IMG/VR virus record: IMGVR_UViG_3300046479_000008
Span: 1 to 63,767 of that record
Length of the DNA: 63,767 nucleotides
Source of the DNA: a virus
Taxonomy: Duplodnaviria; Caudoviricetes
Reading direction: 5' to 3' (one strand)
The position numbers and the translations under genes were made by a program. Position 1 is the stretch's first letter. Each line of letters opens with the position of its first letter. This document shows, piece after piece, positions 46,496-56,410 of this stretch. Under the pieces are notes generated by a model, which was not told the DNA's origin, did not search any database, and was given only the letters and a program-made list of their open reading frames with translations.

Positions 46496-47311
46496 TTAGA
46501 TAGTGAAGGATACTTTCTCGAGTCGTTTGCGAGGAGGTATTCGAGCGTCTTTGATGGTTAGCTGACGGGGAGATTTAACGTGCTGTGACCAATACTCTTC
46601 ATTTAGAAGAACTCCCCTCGGAACAACATAAGCATTCTTTCCTTTTCCTTTTGTAACCGGAGTCGAGTCTAGAAAACGGGCCTTGAAGTTCTCTGGAACT
46701 TCCTCGCCAGAGAACAGTTTTAGAGTCCATGATGCCATCACAGCGAACAGGGCAGCGTCACAAGCATCTGTATCCAAACCCGGAAACTCTTTCTCATCAA
46801 AGAAAGTCCAAGCGAGGTCCTGGTTTTCTTTCTTGTTATCACTTCCTTTTTGGACCAATCCTAGGATATTTCGCATGGTCGCAGCGTTGATTCGAAGATT
46901 CCAAATTTCTTTGAAATTTTCACTTTCCTCAGCCCAGGGGAGAAGAGAAGAATTTACGATAGAATGAATGGCTCCTAAATAATCATTGCCTGGGGTAGGA
47001 ACCTCAGAAACAATCAATAATCCGAGATCTTTTTCAGGGGGGTTCAGCAGAATGCTATTCAATTTCTCCTTGAGAAACCAAGAAGAACTATAACATCTAA
47101 CCCATTGTGGGTCGGAAGACTCCGATTTAACCGAACCTATGAACTCGGCCTTGAGCTCCCCGTTTATAAATGTTCCAACCCACACACCTGATCTAGACAG
47201 ACTCAGGTCTGTAGACAAGAGGATCCAATCTTTCACATTGGGTCTATGTTGCGGTAAAGTCAACACCGGCAAAGGTTTAACTCTACGTTGCTTTTTAGGA
47301 GATACAGTCAT
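46496..47311 (-). CDS. RuvC-like Holliday junction resolvase
   Basis: LLSTDLSLSRSG, VSE, NKK, TDACDAAL; adjacent to recA. Confidence 0.7.
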   Translation of the reverse strand: MTVSPKKQRRVKPLPVLTLPQHRPNVKDWILLSTDLSLSRSGVWVGTFINGELKAEFIGSVKSESSDPQWVRCYSSSWFLKEKLNSILLNPPEKDLGLLIVSEVPTPGNDYLGAIHSIVNSSLLPWAEESENFKEIWNLRINAATMRNILGLVQKGSDNKKENQDLAWTFFDEKEFPGLDTDACDAALFAVMASWTLKLFSGEEVPENFKARFLDSTPVTKGKGKNAYVVPRGVLLNEEYWSQHVKSPRQLTIKDARIPPRKRLEKVSFTI

Positions 47312-48062
47312 GGAGACCTTTCAAAGAACCGCGCCTCTCAGAATGAAATGCGGAATATACTTCCTTCGTAATAAGGTTACAGGGCAGATGTATGTTGGCC
47401 AATCGGTCAATATGGGTGCCAGAGTGGCCTCGCATTTAAATGAGCTTCATCAAGGCATTCACACAAATCAACCCATGCAAAACTCTTGGAACAAATATGG
47501 AAGATCTGAGTTTGAATTCGGTTTGATAGAACTGTGTAAGAAAGAGGATCTCACTCGAATGGAGAACCATTTAATGAGTAAGTTTCAAACCAGAGACAGA
47601 GCCTTTGGATTCAACATCCTCAAAGCAGAGGAGATTGGACCAAGAATATCCCCCAATAAAGGGAAAACCATGACCCAAGAACAGAAGGATAAGATCTCCC
47701 AGACCTTGTCGGGAAGGAAATTGGATCCCCAACATATTGAGAATGCTCGGAAGGGTCATACAGGAATCTCAACCACTTTGAAAGGTAGAAAACAATCTGA
47801 TGAACACAGAAAGAAATGCTCCCAAGCCAAGAAGGGGAAACCTAAACCTGATGGATTCGGAGAAACCATCTCTGCCAAGCTGAAAGGGAAACCTAAAAGT
47901 CCAGAAGCAATTTCCAAGCGACTTGAAACCATAAGACTCCGAGAGCAAGATCCGGAGTATGTCCAGGCCAGGTATGAGAAATACTCCCAGGCTCACAAAG
48001 GAAAGATCCCTTGGAACAAGAAGAAAGACGAGGATCCTGTTGAGGAGTCCTCGTCTAACTAG
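47310..48062 (+). CDS. GIY-YIG homing endonuclease (opposite strand)
   Basis: CGIYFLRNKVTGQMYVGQS, MQNSWNKYG, GFN, NUMOD3-like repeats; start 47310 or 47343. Confidence 0.92.
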   Translation: METFQRTAPLRMKCGIYFLRNKVTGQMYVGQSVNMGARVASHLNELHQGIHTNQPMQNSWNKYGRSEFEFGLIELCKKEDLTRMENHLMSKFQTRDRAFGFNILKAEEIGPRISPNKGKTMTQEQKDKISQTLSGRKLDPQHIENARKGHTGISTTLKGRKQSDEHRKKCSQAKKGKPKPDGFGETISAKLKGKPKSPEAISKRLETIRLREQDPEYVQARYEKYSQAHKGKIPWNKKKDEDPVEESSSN

Positions 48063-48069
48063 ATCCAGA

Positions 48070-48999
48070 TTAAATCTCTTCTTCCTCACCCTGACGGGGA
48101 GCAGCCGCCTGTTTGCGGATGATGGCCTTGTACTCCAGCTCGTCGATCTTGCGACCGAGTCCGCGAGAGAGGTCCTTGCCGTCACGGAACTCTTCAGCGG
48201 CGGCCAGGATCTCGGCCTCCAGCTCAGGGTCCTGACGCCACCATGCCTTGTTGGAGATCTTGGTGAACTTGAAGCCGATCTTGGTCTCAGCGTTCTCCAT
48301 CATGGAGATGTCGAAGTCATACACAGACTCGTCTTCGGTCTTGAGAGCGAAGATGTCGTTGTAGTTCTTGCGGCTCATGCGGAGATACTTCACTTCCCAC
48401 TCGATGTCCACGGATCCGTCACGGTCCTTCTGGAGAGTGCCGTCCTTCTTGGCGTTGGTGTACTGGACCACCAAGGCGAGGGCACGCAGGTTCTGACGGG
48501 ACTTCTGATTCTCGTTCAGCTTCTGGCAGCACAGGGCGTTGGGGTTCTTCTCGTCAGAGAGACAGATGAAGGTTCCCTGCCCATCCACGTAGTGGGTGTT
48601 GGCAGCCTTCACACGGAAGCCAGGGATCAGCGCGAACCGGAGCACCTTGGCACCGTCGAGCTTCAGACGAGGCAGACGAGCCTTCTTGTAGGCGATACGC
48701 TCATCACCGAAGTCAACGTCCATACCTTCCGGGAGATCTTCGTCTCCGGACTTCTTGGAGGATTCCTTGACGTCTTCATCGTCCTTGAGGGAGGAACGGC
48801 GCTTCTTGGGCTCTTCCTCTTCTTCATCTTCCTCAATCACACGCTTCTTCTTGACTGGGGGTTCGTCATCTTCCTCGGCGACACGCTTGGTGACCTTGCG
48901 AGGGGTTTCTTCTTCGTCGTCTTCGATCACACGCTTCTTCTTCTTGATCGGGGTCTCGACATCTTCGTCATCGACAAAACGCTGGCGTTTCTCTACCAT
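48070..48999 (-). CDS. putative single-stranded DNA-binding protein
   Basis: Located in recombination block; LRFALI..THYV..FIC..CC OB/Zn-like core; acidic C-terminus; strong codon bias. Confidence 0.6.
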   Translation of the reverse strand: MVEKRQRFVDDEDVETPIKKKKRVIEDDEEETPRKVTKRVAEEDDEPPVKKKRVIEEDEEEEEPKKRRSSLKDDEDVKESSKKSGDEDLPEGMDVDFGDERIAYKKARLPRLKLDGAKVLRFALIPGFRVKAANTHYVDGQGTFICLSDEKNPNALCCQKLNENQKSRQNLRALALVVQYTNAKKDGTLQKDRDGSVDIEWEVKYLRMSRKNYNDIFALKTEDESVYDFDISMMENAETKIGFKFTKISNKAWWRQDPELEAEILAAAEEFRDGKDLSRGLGRKIDELEYKAIIRKQAAAPRQGEEEEI

Positions 49000-49086
49000 A
49001 TGTTGCTCCTTGAGTTAAGTGGCGCGGTGCTTGTTTTGCTTGCGCACTGGGGTGTTGAAAGTTATTCTAAGTTACAGATGAGTTGT

Positions 49087-50214
49087 TTAGTCGTCGAAAA
49101 CTATTCTACGTTTCTTGAGGGTTGGAGTTGTGAGTTGAGTTGAACTCTCGGGTTCACTATCTTTCTTACAGTCCTGGATTTCCTCTTCATCGTCGAACAT
49201 TGTCTTTCGCTTGCTATGTCTTCCCACTGTGAGGATAGTGACTTCCTCTTCCACCTGAGCCGGAACCTCAACGGAGGCCTCGACCTGTGCTTCAAGTTCT
49301 TCAGTCTGTTCCGGTTCAAAGATCATTCCCGGCTCAGGTTCTTCTTCAAGATTGATTACAGTCTCCTCGGGAGCTTGAGCCATTTCGGCTTCAAGCTTCT
49401 CCATCTCGGTTTCCATGTCAATTGTAGCAAAGGAGAAACCCTCCTCTACAATCTTCACAGGGGCCGGATCGGAGTTCTTGAACATGGATCTCTTGGAGGC
49501 AATACGCATCCCCTCTGGAGGATCATCCATGACTAGACTGCCCCGTTCCCCAAGGCCATACTTGTCCCTTAAAAGCTCTTCCCCGGTCTTGCCATCCAGA
49601 TACCCAGCCTGACCCAACAGGGGCAACAGCGAGGCGTTAGCCTGGTCCTTACCGATGTTATACTTCTCCTGGGAGAGCTTCTTACGGGACTTGAGCCGGT
49701 CGGCCAGGAGGACCAGAGCCATATCCAAGGCCTCCAGATCTGATCCGGACTCCCCGAGCATCCGAGTGAACTCACTATCACTCAGAGCCTCCAGGGATTT
49801 ATTGGACAACTTGATCTCCATCCGCTTCAGATCCTCTTGAAGACCAATGAGATACCAAGCCTTGAAGGTGTCCCGGAGGTTCTTGATTGCACTGGTAGCG
49901 GACTTGACCTTGCTGTGGAAGAACAACACTTTGTTCAGAGAGACTTCAATGTGATCAAGGACGTTCTCTAACCCACTGGTCAAATCGATCAGGTAGGCTC
50001 GTGAGGTTCCCGGAGCGATAACTGGCTGGAGACTCAATGAGGGAAGGTCGTTGACCTCATTCAAGAGCTGATTGTAGAAGGTCTTGTAGGAGACAACCTC
50101 GTCACCATCGGCGTAGGTGATTCCACTGGAGAATCGCTTGATCTCATCTAAGAGCCAGCTCCCATGGAGGACCGTCTCCGCTTTAAGTTGATTGATGATG
50201 GATTCGGTTGACAC
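49087..50214 (-). CDS. hypothetical protein (helical, acidic tail)
   Basis: 375 aa, AGGAG RBS. Confidence 0.75.
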   Translation of the reverse strand: MSTESIINQLKAETVLHGSWLLDEIKRFSSGITYADGDEVVSYKTFYNQLLNEVNDLPSLSLQPVIAPGTSRAYLIDLTSGLENVLDHIEVSLNKVLFFHSKVKSATSAIKNLRDTFKAWYLIGLQEDLKRMEIKLSNKSLEALSDSEFTRMLGESGSDLEALDMALVLLADRLKSRKKLSQEKYNIGKDQANASLLPLLGQAGYLDGKTGEELLRDKYGLGERGSLVMDDPPEGMRIASKRSMFKNSDPAPVKIVEEGFSFATIDMETEMEKLEAEMAQAPEETVINLEEEPEPGMIFEPEQTEELEAQVEASVEVPAQVEEEVTILTVGRHSKRKTMFDDEEEIQDCKKDSEPESSTQLTTPTLKKRRIVFDD

Positions 50215-50222
50215 TTGATCTC

Positions 50223-50666
50223 CTATTTATACTGAACCGTGATTGGCGCGAACTTATGAAGGTCAGGATCTAGACACAGACTGAGCAGCCACATTGCATT
50301 GCTGACCATTCGGCCAAGCTGACTCTCCCTCCACAGGTGATCCATACCCAGTACAACCACCTTCTCGTCTGTCATTGTGCGGACTTCAGATAGGTTACAC
50401 CCGATAGCCATGAACACATAGACAATGAAGTTATCACCAGAAAGCCGGGTCACTAGATCCCAACCTTCCTCAGAGATCTCTACACCAGTCTCTTCCTTGA
50501 ACTCACGGCTCATAGCCTGTCGAGGAGTTTCTCCCTCTTCAATATGGCCACCGATGCCATTGAGTAGGCCCTTCTGCCAGTCCGGGCGTTCCTTACGGAT
50601 CATCGCAACATGAGACTGGGTGGCATCAAAACCGAAACCCAATACGTAGGGGATTTGTTCTGTCAT
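50223..50666 (-). CDS. NUDIX hydrolase
   Basis: GGHIEEGETPRQAMSREFKEETG Nudix box. Confidence 0.95.
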   Translation of the reverse strand: MTEQIPYVLGFGFDATQSHVAMIRKERPDWQKGLLNGIGGHIEEGETPRQAMSREFKEETGVEISEEGWDLVTRLSGDNFIVYVFMAIGCNLSEVRTMTDEKVVVLGMDHLWRESQLGRMVSNAMWLLSLCLDPDLHKFAPITVQYK

Positions 50667-50758
50667 ATGCTTGGTCCTGTCACCTTATGAAATCTTGCCC
50701 ATCCCCAAAGGAAGATGAGATCTGCAGCTGCCCAAATTGCTATAATCTTCCAGATCAT
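50663..50758 (-). CDS. 31-aa membrane micro-protein
   Basis: Manual translation MIWKIIAIWAAADLIFLWGWARF...; ATGA overlaps at both ends. Confidence 0.6.
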   Translation of the reverse strand: MIWKIIAIWAAADLIFLWGWARFHKVTGPSI

Positions 50759-51057
50759 TCTTCCTCCAGGAAGGCATGCTTGATCTTTTTGGTTCTGGTC
50801 TCCGCTCGGGTCACCATCTTGTCCAGGGTAGCATAGTCGATCTCACCAGCCACACATCTTGCTGCATGGACACCCTTGAATGCTTCCAGGAACATGTCCA
50901 GCAGCTGGCCGGTGGCGACCTCGATCTTCTCCATCTCAAGTCCCTCACCAATTGGTGACTCCGCAGAGAGATGGACCGATCGGGCGTCGCCGTTCCCGTA
51001 ATGTTTATCTGAAACATCCAGCGTCACAGTAACCTTGTTGATCCTGAAAAGGCTCAT
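50755..51057 (-). CDS. hypothetical protein
   Basis: 100 aa, AAGGA RBS. Confidence 0.7.
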   Translation of the reverse strand: MSLFRINKVTVTLDVSDKHYGNGDARSVHLSAESPIGEGLEMEKIEVATGQLLDMFLEAFKGVHAARCVAGEIDYATLDKMVTRAETRTKKIKHAFLEEE

Positions 51058-51066
51058 TGGGGTTCC

Positions 51067-51288
51067 TTATGCTTCCGTGGCCAGGATTGCAGCCATAGGG
51101 GGAATCTGTTCATCGAAGTCCTGCTTGGCATAGCGGAGGACAACCTCATTGTGATCATCGACGACCACAGCACCTACACAGGCAGTGATATTGATCTCAC
51201 ACCAGAGGTTGTTGGCGTCGTGTCCGTGTCTGGTAGTAGAAACGAGCGCACCGGCCTCGTCTACGTTATAAGTAATCAACGTATGCAT
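51067..51288 (-). CDS. hypothetical protein
   Basis: 73 aa, AAGGAG RBS. Confidence 0.7.
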   Translation of the reverse strand: MHTLITYNVDEAGALVSTTRHGHDANNLWCEINITACVGAVVVDDHNEVVLRYAKQDFDEQIPPMAAILATEA

Positions 51289-51317
51289 AAATCTCCTTGA
51301 AGGGTTGATCTAGATTA

Positions 51318-53267
51318 CTAGATCTCTTCCCCGAAATCTAGTTTGTTTAGTGGCGTCTTTAATGGGGATTTGCCACGAGCCTTCTTATCACTCCGCTTCT
51401 CGTAAGAGGTTTTATAATTCACCTTCTCCCGAGAATCCTTGAGTAGATCCCCGCTTAGATATTTTCCCATTGGGACATCTCTTGTATGCGCCTTGAGCAT
51501 TGTTATGAATTCTGCATCACTCAGATCCCGATCGATCCCAGATTCAAGATCAATCTCTTTGAGTTCAGACTCAAGCAAACCGGCACTATGAGACTCTCCT
51601 AGGATAGATTCAAAGACCCCCTTCTTTCCAAGCAAGGTTGTGACAACATACTCGTCCACCGTGCCTCGCATGACCATCGCGTGAAGGGTGCAAGCACTGT
51701 GAGGGGAGGCCAAGCGTAGCATACGACCAACTAGCTGGATCAAATCACCCCAGGACCAAGGGAGGTCCAGACAGACCATATGAGCGGCTTGCTGGAGATT
51801 GACTCCTTCCATGGCGGCAGTGTTGATGACAATGAGGTTGTAATCGTTGGAACCCTGGAACTTATCCATGGCCGCTTCACGTTGAGCCTCATTCTCGTCC
51901 CCGGTGATCCGTAGGAATCTACGTCCACTCAGGCCTTTCTTCTTAATCAACCATTCAAGACGATTGATCCAGGTCTTATACTTGGTGAATACGATGACTT
52001 TCTCACCATCTAGGTCACCTTCCAGAAGGTCCAACAGGGCTTCCTCTTTGGGACTTAGGGTCTTGGTGTGGAGCTTTTCCTCATCGAAAGCCTCTAGGAG
52101 ACAGGGATGATTAGCAACCAGCTGATACACGGACAACATGGTCATCATGTTGCTTGGATCACGGTCCACTAGGGCAAGCTCACCAGCGATCTTACGGATC
52201 CCAGGTGGTAGAGTGTAGCGACCTTCTGGAATGTCTTTGGTGAGAAGCTTGTATTGCTTGTCGTCCAGATCCAATTCGTGGAATCTAGTGGTCAGCCGAG
52301 GCAACGGCTCCTTGACTTGTCGTTGACTTCTACCATATACAAATGGGCGAATGGAGGACTTGAACTCCTTCATGTTCTTGTAGCCGATCAGCTTGAAGAC
52401 TCGCTTGTAGCCAAACTGCTGCATCTCGTATACGCAGAACTTCTCCTTGAAGGCGTCCAAGGATTGATGCGGTCGGATACCCATTGCCGAGATCACGGCG
52501 TAGAGTTCATCCGCACCATTCTTAATCAAGCTCGCACTGAGACCCCATACCCGCAGGGCACAACGTTGAATCTGCATCATGGAGATCCGGGTCTGAGCCT
52601 CTGGGTTCTTGAGCTTATGACATTCGTCGAAAATCACCAACAGATGTTCCCGATGAGGCCAGAGCATAGCAACCAGATCTTGGATCTCCTGAGAGATCAA
52701 TTCTTTGCCATTCTTACCAACTGGATCTCCATTGTCATCCACCGGCCCATCATAGGTCTTACGGCGTCCAATGAGTGAGGAATACTTGGTTACAAGCACA
52801 CTGGGCCCATCATCCTCAAGCCACATCTTCACCTGAAGCATCCGACCCTCATGGGAGGTCTTCTTCTCCCAACGTTCCTTCATGGTATGACAGGAGAGGG
52901 TGGAGAACCGGGTGACCTCCTTGGCGAACTGACGAGCCACGGACTTGGTTGTGATCACTAGGGTCTTTAACTTGGGATCCTTGTTGGTATGATAGGCAAT
53001 ACCCGCAATGGCGGTCATAGTCTTACCTAACCCTACAGCGTCCCCAATGACCATACGAGGGATGAGCATCAGATGGGCTACCGCTTGGGTCTGATAGTTC
53101 TTGAGCGGCCAATCGGTCTTCAGCAGAGGCCCCACGTTGATTGCAATGGGACCATCTGCTGGATCGTGTTGACGGACACGCCAGAGCTTCTCTAGGGTCT
53201 TATCCTGCAACCCGATTGATCTGGTATAATCCGTAATTATAGGACAAGCTTCAGTTTCCGTTTCCAT
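51318..53267 (-). CDS. SNF2-family DExH helicase
   Basis: GDAVGLGKT, FDECHKLKN, GLSAS, KVIVF, EGVNLQ, QLVGRMLR. Confidence 0.93.
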   Translation of the reverse strand: METETEACPIITDYTRSIGLQDKTLEKLWRVRQHDPADGPIAINVGPLLKTDWPLKNYQTQAVAHLMLIPRMVIGDAVGLGKTMTAIAGIAYHTNKDPKLKTLVITTKSVARQFAKEVTRFSTLSCHTMKERWEKKTSHEGRMLQVKMWLEDDGPSVLVTKYSSLIGRRKTYDGPVDDNGDPVGKNGKELISQEIQDLVAMLWPHREHLLVIFDECHKLKNPEAQTRISMMQIQRCALRVWGLSASLIKNGADELYAVISAMGIRPHQSLDAFKEKFCVYEMQQFGYKRVFKLIGYKNMKEFKSSIRPFVYGRSQRQVKEPLPRLTTRFHELDLDDKQYKLLTKDIPEGRYTLPPGIRKIAGELALVDRDPSNMMTMLSVYQLVANHPCLLEAFDEEKLHTKTLSPKEEALLDLLEGDLDGEKVIVFTKYKTWINRLEWLIKKKGLSGRRFLRITGDENEAQREAAMDKFQGSNDYNLIVINTAAMEGVNLQQAAHMVCLDLPWSWGDLIQLVGRMLRLASPHSACTLHAMVMRGTVDEYVVTTLLGKKGVFESILGESHSAGLLESELKEIDLESGIDRDLSDAEFITMLKAHTRDVPMGKYLSGDLLKDSREKVNYKTSYEKRSDKKARGKSPLKTPLNKLDFGEEI

Positions 53268-53286
53268 CTACCTTCAATCAGCCCTA

Positions 53287-53499
53287 CTACGCAGGGGCCA
53301 TCAACAACGCCAGGAGCTCATGCTCTGTGACTTCAACCCAGGAACCGAACTCAGGAAGGATCTCTAGCTTGAGGCCTCCTACAGGGTACCGGCCCTCCTT
53401 GGGGTCTAAGACCTGAAGATTAAACCCATTCTTAGAGTCACCTTCTATTCTTATATTGTTTACCTGAGTCCCTTGAACTCGGACTTTTATTCTGGACAA
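53287..53499 (-). CDS. hypothetical protein
   Basis: 70 aa. Confidence 0.55.
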   Translation of the reverse strand: MSRIKVRVQGTQVNNIRIEGDSKNGFNLQVLDPKEGRYPVGGLKLEILPEFGSWVEVTEHELLALLMAPA

Positions 53500-53508
53500 G
53501 GCCTACTC

Positions 53509-53733
53509 CTATGCGTTCCCGATGGTACCGAGATGCTTGATGACGTGGTCCTTCCCTTTCGGGGTCACGATCATTCTCCCTGGTCCAAACTTTATGTAAC
53601 CATTAGACAAAAGCCGGTAAGCAACTAACTCGTCCCAAAATACCTTGGCAGATCCGGGAACGCCCTCTGGATGTAAGTCCAGAATATATGATAAAGCCTT
53701 CAACGCCTTCAATTCAGTATCTGATTGGATCAT
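53509..53733 (-). CDS. small winged-helix-like protein
   Basis: LLSNGYI...VTPKG; GGAGG RBS. Confidence 0.6.
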   Translation of the reverse strand: MIQSDTELKALKALSYILDLHPEGVPGSAKVFWDELVAYRLLSNGYIKFGPGRMIVTPKGKDHVIKHLGTIGNA

Positions 53734-53754
53734 GATATCCTCCAGGCATAGAAG

Positions 53755-53784
53755 GGGCTCCCCTATGATAGTCTTGGGGAGCCC
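53755..53784 (-). terminator. hairpin downstream of clpP-like gene
   Basis: GGGCTCCCC-12nt-GGGGAGCCC. Confidence 0.55.
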
Positions 53785-53800
53785 ACGAATGTTTGGTGCT

Positions 53801-54652
53801 CTATTTCTTTGAAGAGGGCTTCTTTACTGGCTTCTTCTTGGGCTTGGGAATAGGCTCTTCCAAAACCTCTTCCTCTTCCTCCTGGGGTTTAGCTTTCTTG
53901 GCGGGAGTCTTCTTCCGGACCGGCTTCTTCTCTTCTACCTTTGGGGTCTCTTCCTCATCGGTGATGATCTCCAACTGGTAGGCCTTGGCCTGGATCAGAC
54001 TCACATAGGCAACCTCATCCACGAGGCCCAGTTTCTTGGCCTCTTCTGGGCCCAGGAACAGATCAGTGAACCCGGTGGCAGAGATGGCGTCCTGAATCTG
54101 CTTGACCGTCTTACCACAGTTCTTGGCGATCTCGGTGATGAACAGAGTATTCATACGCTCGAAGTTATTCAGATCCACCCGCATCTCTTCCAGGTGGCCA
54201 CCCGTCCCAGCGGAAAGCTGATGCACCATGGCATTGCTCAGGGGAGCCATGAATCGCTTGCCGTGAGATCCTGCAGAGAGGATACAAGCAGCAGCACTGT
54301 AGGCGTAGGAGACGCAGTAGGTCATGAACTCGATCTTGCTGGCACGCATTGTGTTCAGGATTTCAAAACACGCCAGTAGTGACCCACCAGGGGAATCGAT
54401 GACGATCAGAGCGATGTCAGCCTTGCGGATGTATTCCAGTTCCTTGACAGCCTCACGAAAGCTCTTGGCTAGCTTGGAGTCTACTTCTCCGCTGAGATAG
54501 ATCGTGGGGGTATGGGGATCAATAATCTTCTTATTGGTCTCGAGAAGCATCTCCTCTATCTCATCGTCCTCATCCACATTTCCATGGCGCTTCCTTTTCA
54601 AATCCGGGGAAAGGGGTTCGTCTTTCCCACCACAAGCCATAACTCGTCTCAT
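53801..54652 (-). CDS. clpP: ClpP-like serine protease with K/E-rich tail
   Basis: IYLSGEV, IDSPGGS, AYSAA..ILSAG..GKRF, MVHQ, EAKKLGLVD. Confidence 0.9.
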   Translation of the reverse strand: MRRVMACGGKDEPLSPDLKRKRHGNVDEDDEIEEMLLETNKKIIDPHTPTIYLSGEVDSKLAKSFREAVKELEYIRKADIALIVIDSPGGSLLACFEILNTMRASKIEFMTYCVSYAYSAAACILSAGSHGKRFMAPLSNAMVHQLSAGTGGHLEEMRVDLNNFERMNTLFITEIAKNCGKTVKQIQDAISATGFTDLFLGPEEAKKLGLVDEVAYVSLIQAKAYQLEIITDEEETPKVEEKKPVRKKTPAKKAKPQEEEEEVLEEPIPKPKKKPVKKPSSKK

Positions 54653-55287
54653 TAATTCTCCTCTTCTGTAATGGAACCATCAAGATGCTCGACACACAGG
54701 TTCATGAACAGGTTACCAACTTCCCCAATAGCAGAGAAAAGGCAGTTATCCCCGGAGCCGGTCATCTGGAAACTATCAGTAAAAGCTGGGACATCCTTGA
54801 TTTTCAAGCCCATGATTGCATTGGCGCTGCCCTGAAATTCTAGAACAGGCTTGCCGGAGTATACGAAAGTGGCCTCGCTGAGATCTAAGACAGCCATATC
54901 ACAGAGAACCTGTACAGGAACGTTAACCTTGTACTCCCCTTTGGCCAGCTTCACAGCCTTAGCCTGGGACATGGAGGGTGACCCTAGGATGCTACGGAAA
55001 CCTTCCAGAGTGTCTGTTTCGATGGGATTCTCTGTGGCGTGATCCCACACCTGACAGTTGACCTTCAAGAGGCGATGGATCTGTCTACGCTGCAGGTATT
55101 CCTTGAAATACATCCAAGGAACCCCGATAGCTGAACTGGAGCAGACGTCAAACTTCTGCCACAGACTTAGCTCATCCCAGAGAGGGTGAATGCGGCCCTT
55201 GAAGTAGGTATACAGGGTCATGAAAAGCCACCAGAGGAACAGCACACCGCCGAAGGCTAGAAATGCTGGATGATGGATATGCATCAC
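54652..55287 (-). CDS. membrane-anchored hypothetical protein
   Basis: N-terminal TM helix. Confidence 0.7.
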   Translation of the reverse strand: MMHIHHPAFLAFGGVLFLWWLFMTLYTYFKGRIHPLWDELSLWQKFDVCSSSAIGVPWMYFKEYLQRRQIHRLLKVNCQVWDHATENPIETDTLEGFRSILGSPSMSQAKAVKLAKGEYKVNVPVQVLCDMAVLDLSEATFVYSGKPVLEFQGSANAIMGLKIKDVPAFTDSFQMTGSGDNCLFSAIGEVGNLFMNLCVEHLDGSITEEEN

Positions 55288-55688
55288 AGATCCTCCCCGA
55301 ATTTGAACACAGGATCTTTGGTGGGATTCTCAGGCAGAGGAACGTTGGCCTCAACCATGCTGCTGAGGGCCTGGAACCTGGACATGTCATCCTCCAGGGC
55401 CTTCATGCCAGGGAAGCGAGCCAGGATCAAACTCCACCAATCCTCTGACTGATTCTTACGAACGGAGACCAGGCCAGATAGGGACTTGGCGGCGTCTACG
55501 GAGAGTTCCTGAGCCGAAGTCTTGAGCGCCTCAAGGCCTTCAGCGGAGATCTCGGCAGCTTCCAGGAGGCCCGCAATGTTCTTGATGGCACGAATATCTG
55601 CCACATAAGAATCCGCAAGGATCAGAACGATCATCGTCAGGAGATCATCGGGAAGGTTTACAGTTTTAATGGGGGTTTCATTACTCAC
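55284..55688 (-). CDS. hypothetical protein
   Basis: 134 aa, GGAG RBS. Confidence 0.7.
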   Translation of the reverse strand: MSNETPIKTVNLPDDLLTMIVLILADSYVADIRAIKNIAGLLEAAEISAEGLEALKTSAQELSVDAAKSLSGLVSVRKNQSEDWWSLILARFPGMKALEDDMSRFQALSSMVEANVPLPENPTKDPVFKFGEDL

Positions 55689-55741
55689 GATATTAACTCC
55701 GTAGATGTGTATAATAGGCTACGGGGTAATGGTATAACGAA

Positions 55742-55767
55742 ATTAGCCCCCCGTGAGGAGGGCTAAT
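55742..55767 (-). terminator. hairpin/terminator
   Basis: ATTAGCCC...GGGCTAAT inverted repeat. Confidence 0.6.
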
Positions 55768-55786
55768 GGTTTGCCTTCAAAGCCGG

Positions 55787-56410
55787 TTAGAGCTTCTTGG
55801 CCTTCTGGAGCACCTTGAGAACCGAGTTAGGGATGAGCACATCCTTGACCTTCGGGATGACCGTGGTGCAGGCAGCGAGATCCTGCAAGCTGGGGATGTT
55901 GCCGTGGAAAGGACAGCCCAGGTTGTAGGTCCTCCGGTTCTGGAGTAGCGGGTTGGTGGGTTCACAGAGACACCCCTTGATCCGACACCAGTGAGTCCGA
56001 CGAGCCTGATCCTCGGGGAAACCCCAGAGGCGCTGGAGGATGCGGTCCAGGACGTCCACGAAATCCGCAGCCTGACGGGCCGGGATATATTCCTTCAGCT
56101 CCATGAGCCGTGCAGAGGCCTCCTGGGTCATGTAGAGCAGCTTGTGGATCTCCACGATCCGGGCCAGGGCCTCGGGCCGGGTGTTTCCGTTCCAGACCTG
56201 CTTGAAGAACAGTTCCGGATTCAGGTAGTTGACCTTGCCGTCGTGGTAGCGGATTTCGAAATCCGCGAACTTGATGCCGGAGTTGATGTCCACTTCCGCG
56301 CAGGGGTTCTTCAGGGCGTCGTTCACTTCCTGCTCACGCTCCAGGGAAGGAGGAAGACAACCCGGACGACTGCAATAGGGGGTGCGGATGTTGGGGGTGC
56401 ACCTACACAT
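55787..56410 (-). CDS. Cys-rich hypothetical phage protein
   Basis: Start moved to MCRCTPNIRTPYC; LQRLWGF, GCLC, CPFHG. Confidence 0.75.
   Translation of the reverse strand: MCRCTPNIRTPYCSRPGCLPPSLEREQEVNDALKNPCAEVDINSGIKFADFEIRYHDGKVNYLNPELFFKQVWNGNTRPEALARIVEIHKLLYMTQEASARLMELKEYIPARQAADFVDVLDRILQRLWGFPEDQARRTHWCRIKGCLCEPTNPLLQNRRTYNLGCPFHGNIPSLQDLAACTTVIPKVKDVLIPNSVLKVLQKAKKL

Noticed and set aside
49000-49086. T4 gene-32-like autoregulatory pseudoknot ahead of the SSB-like gene
   Set aside because: Only 4-bp overlapping stems (GTGC/GCAC, GCGC); too weak to support by eye.
47959-49143. Long plus-strand ORFs (also 13429..14211, 58201..59193 and 22873..23544)
   Set aside because: Antisense shadows of strongly codon-biased minus-strand genes, with no motifs of their own.
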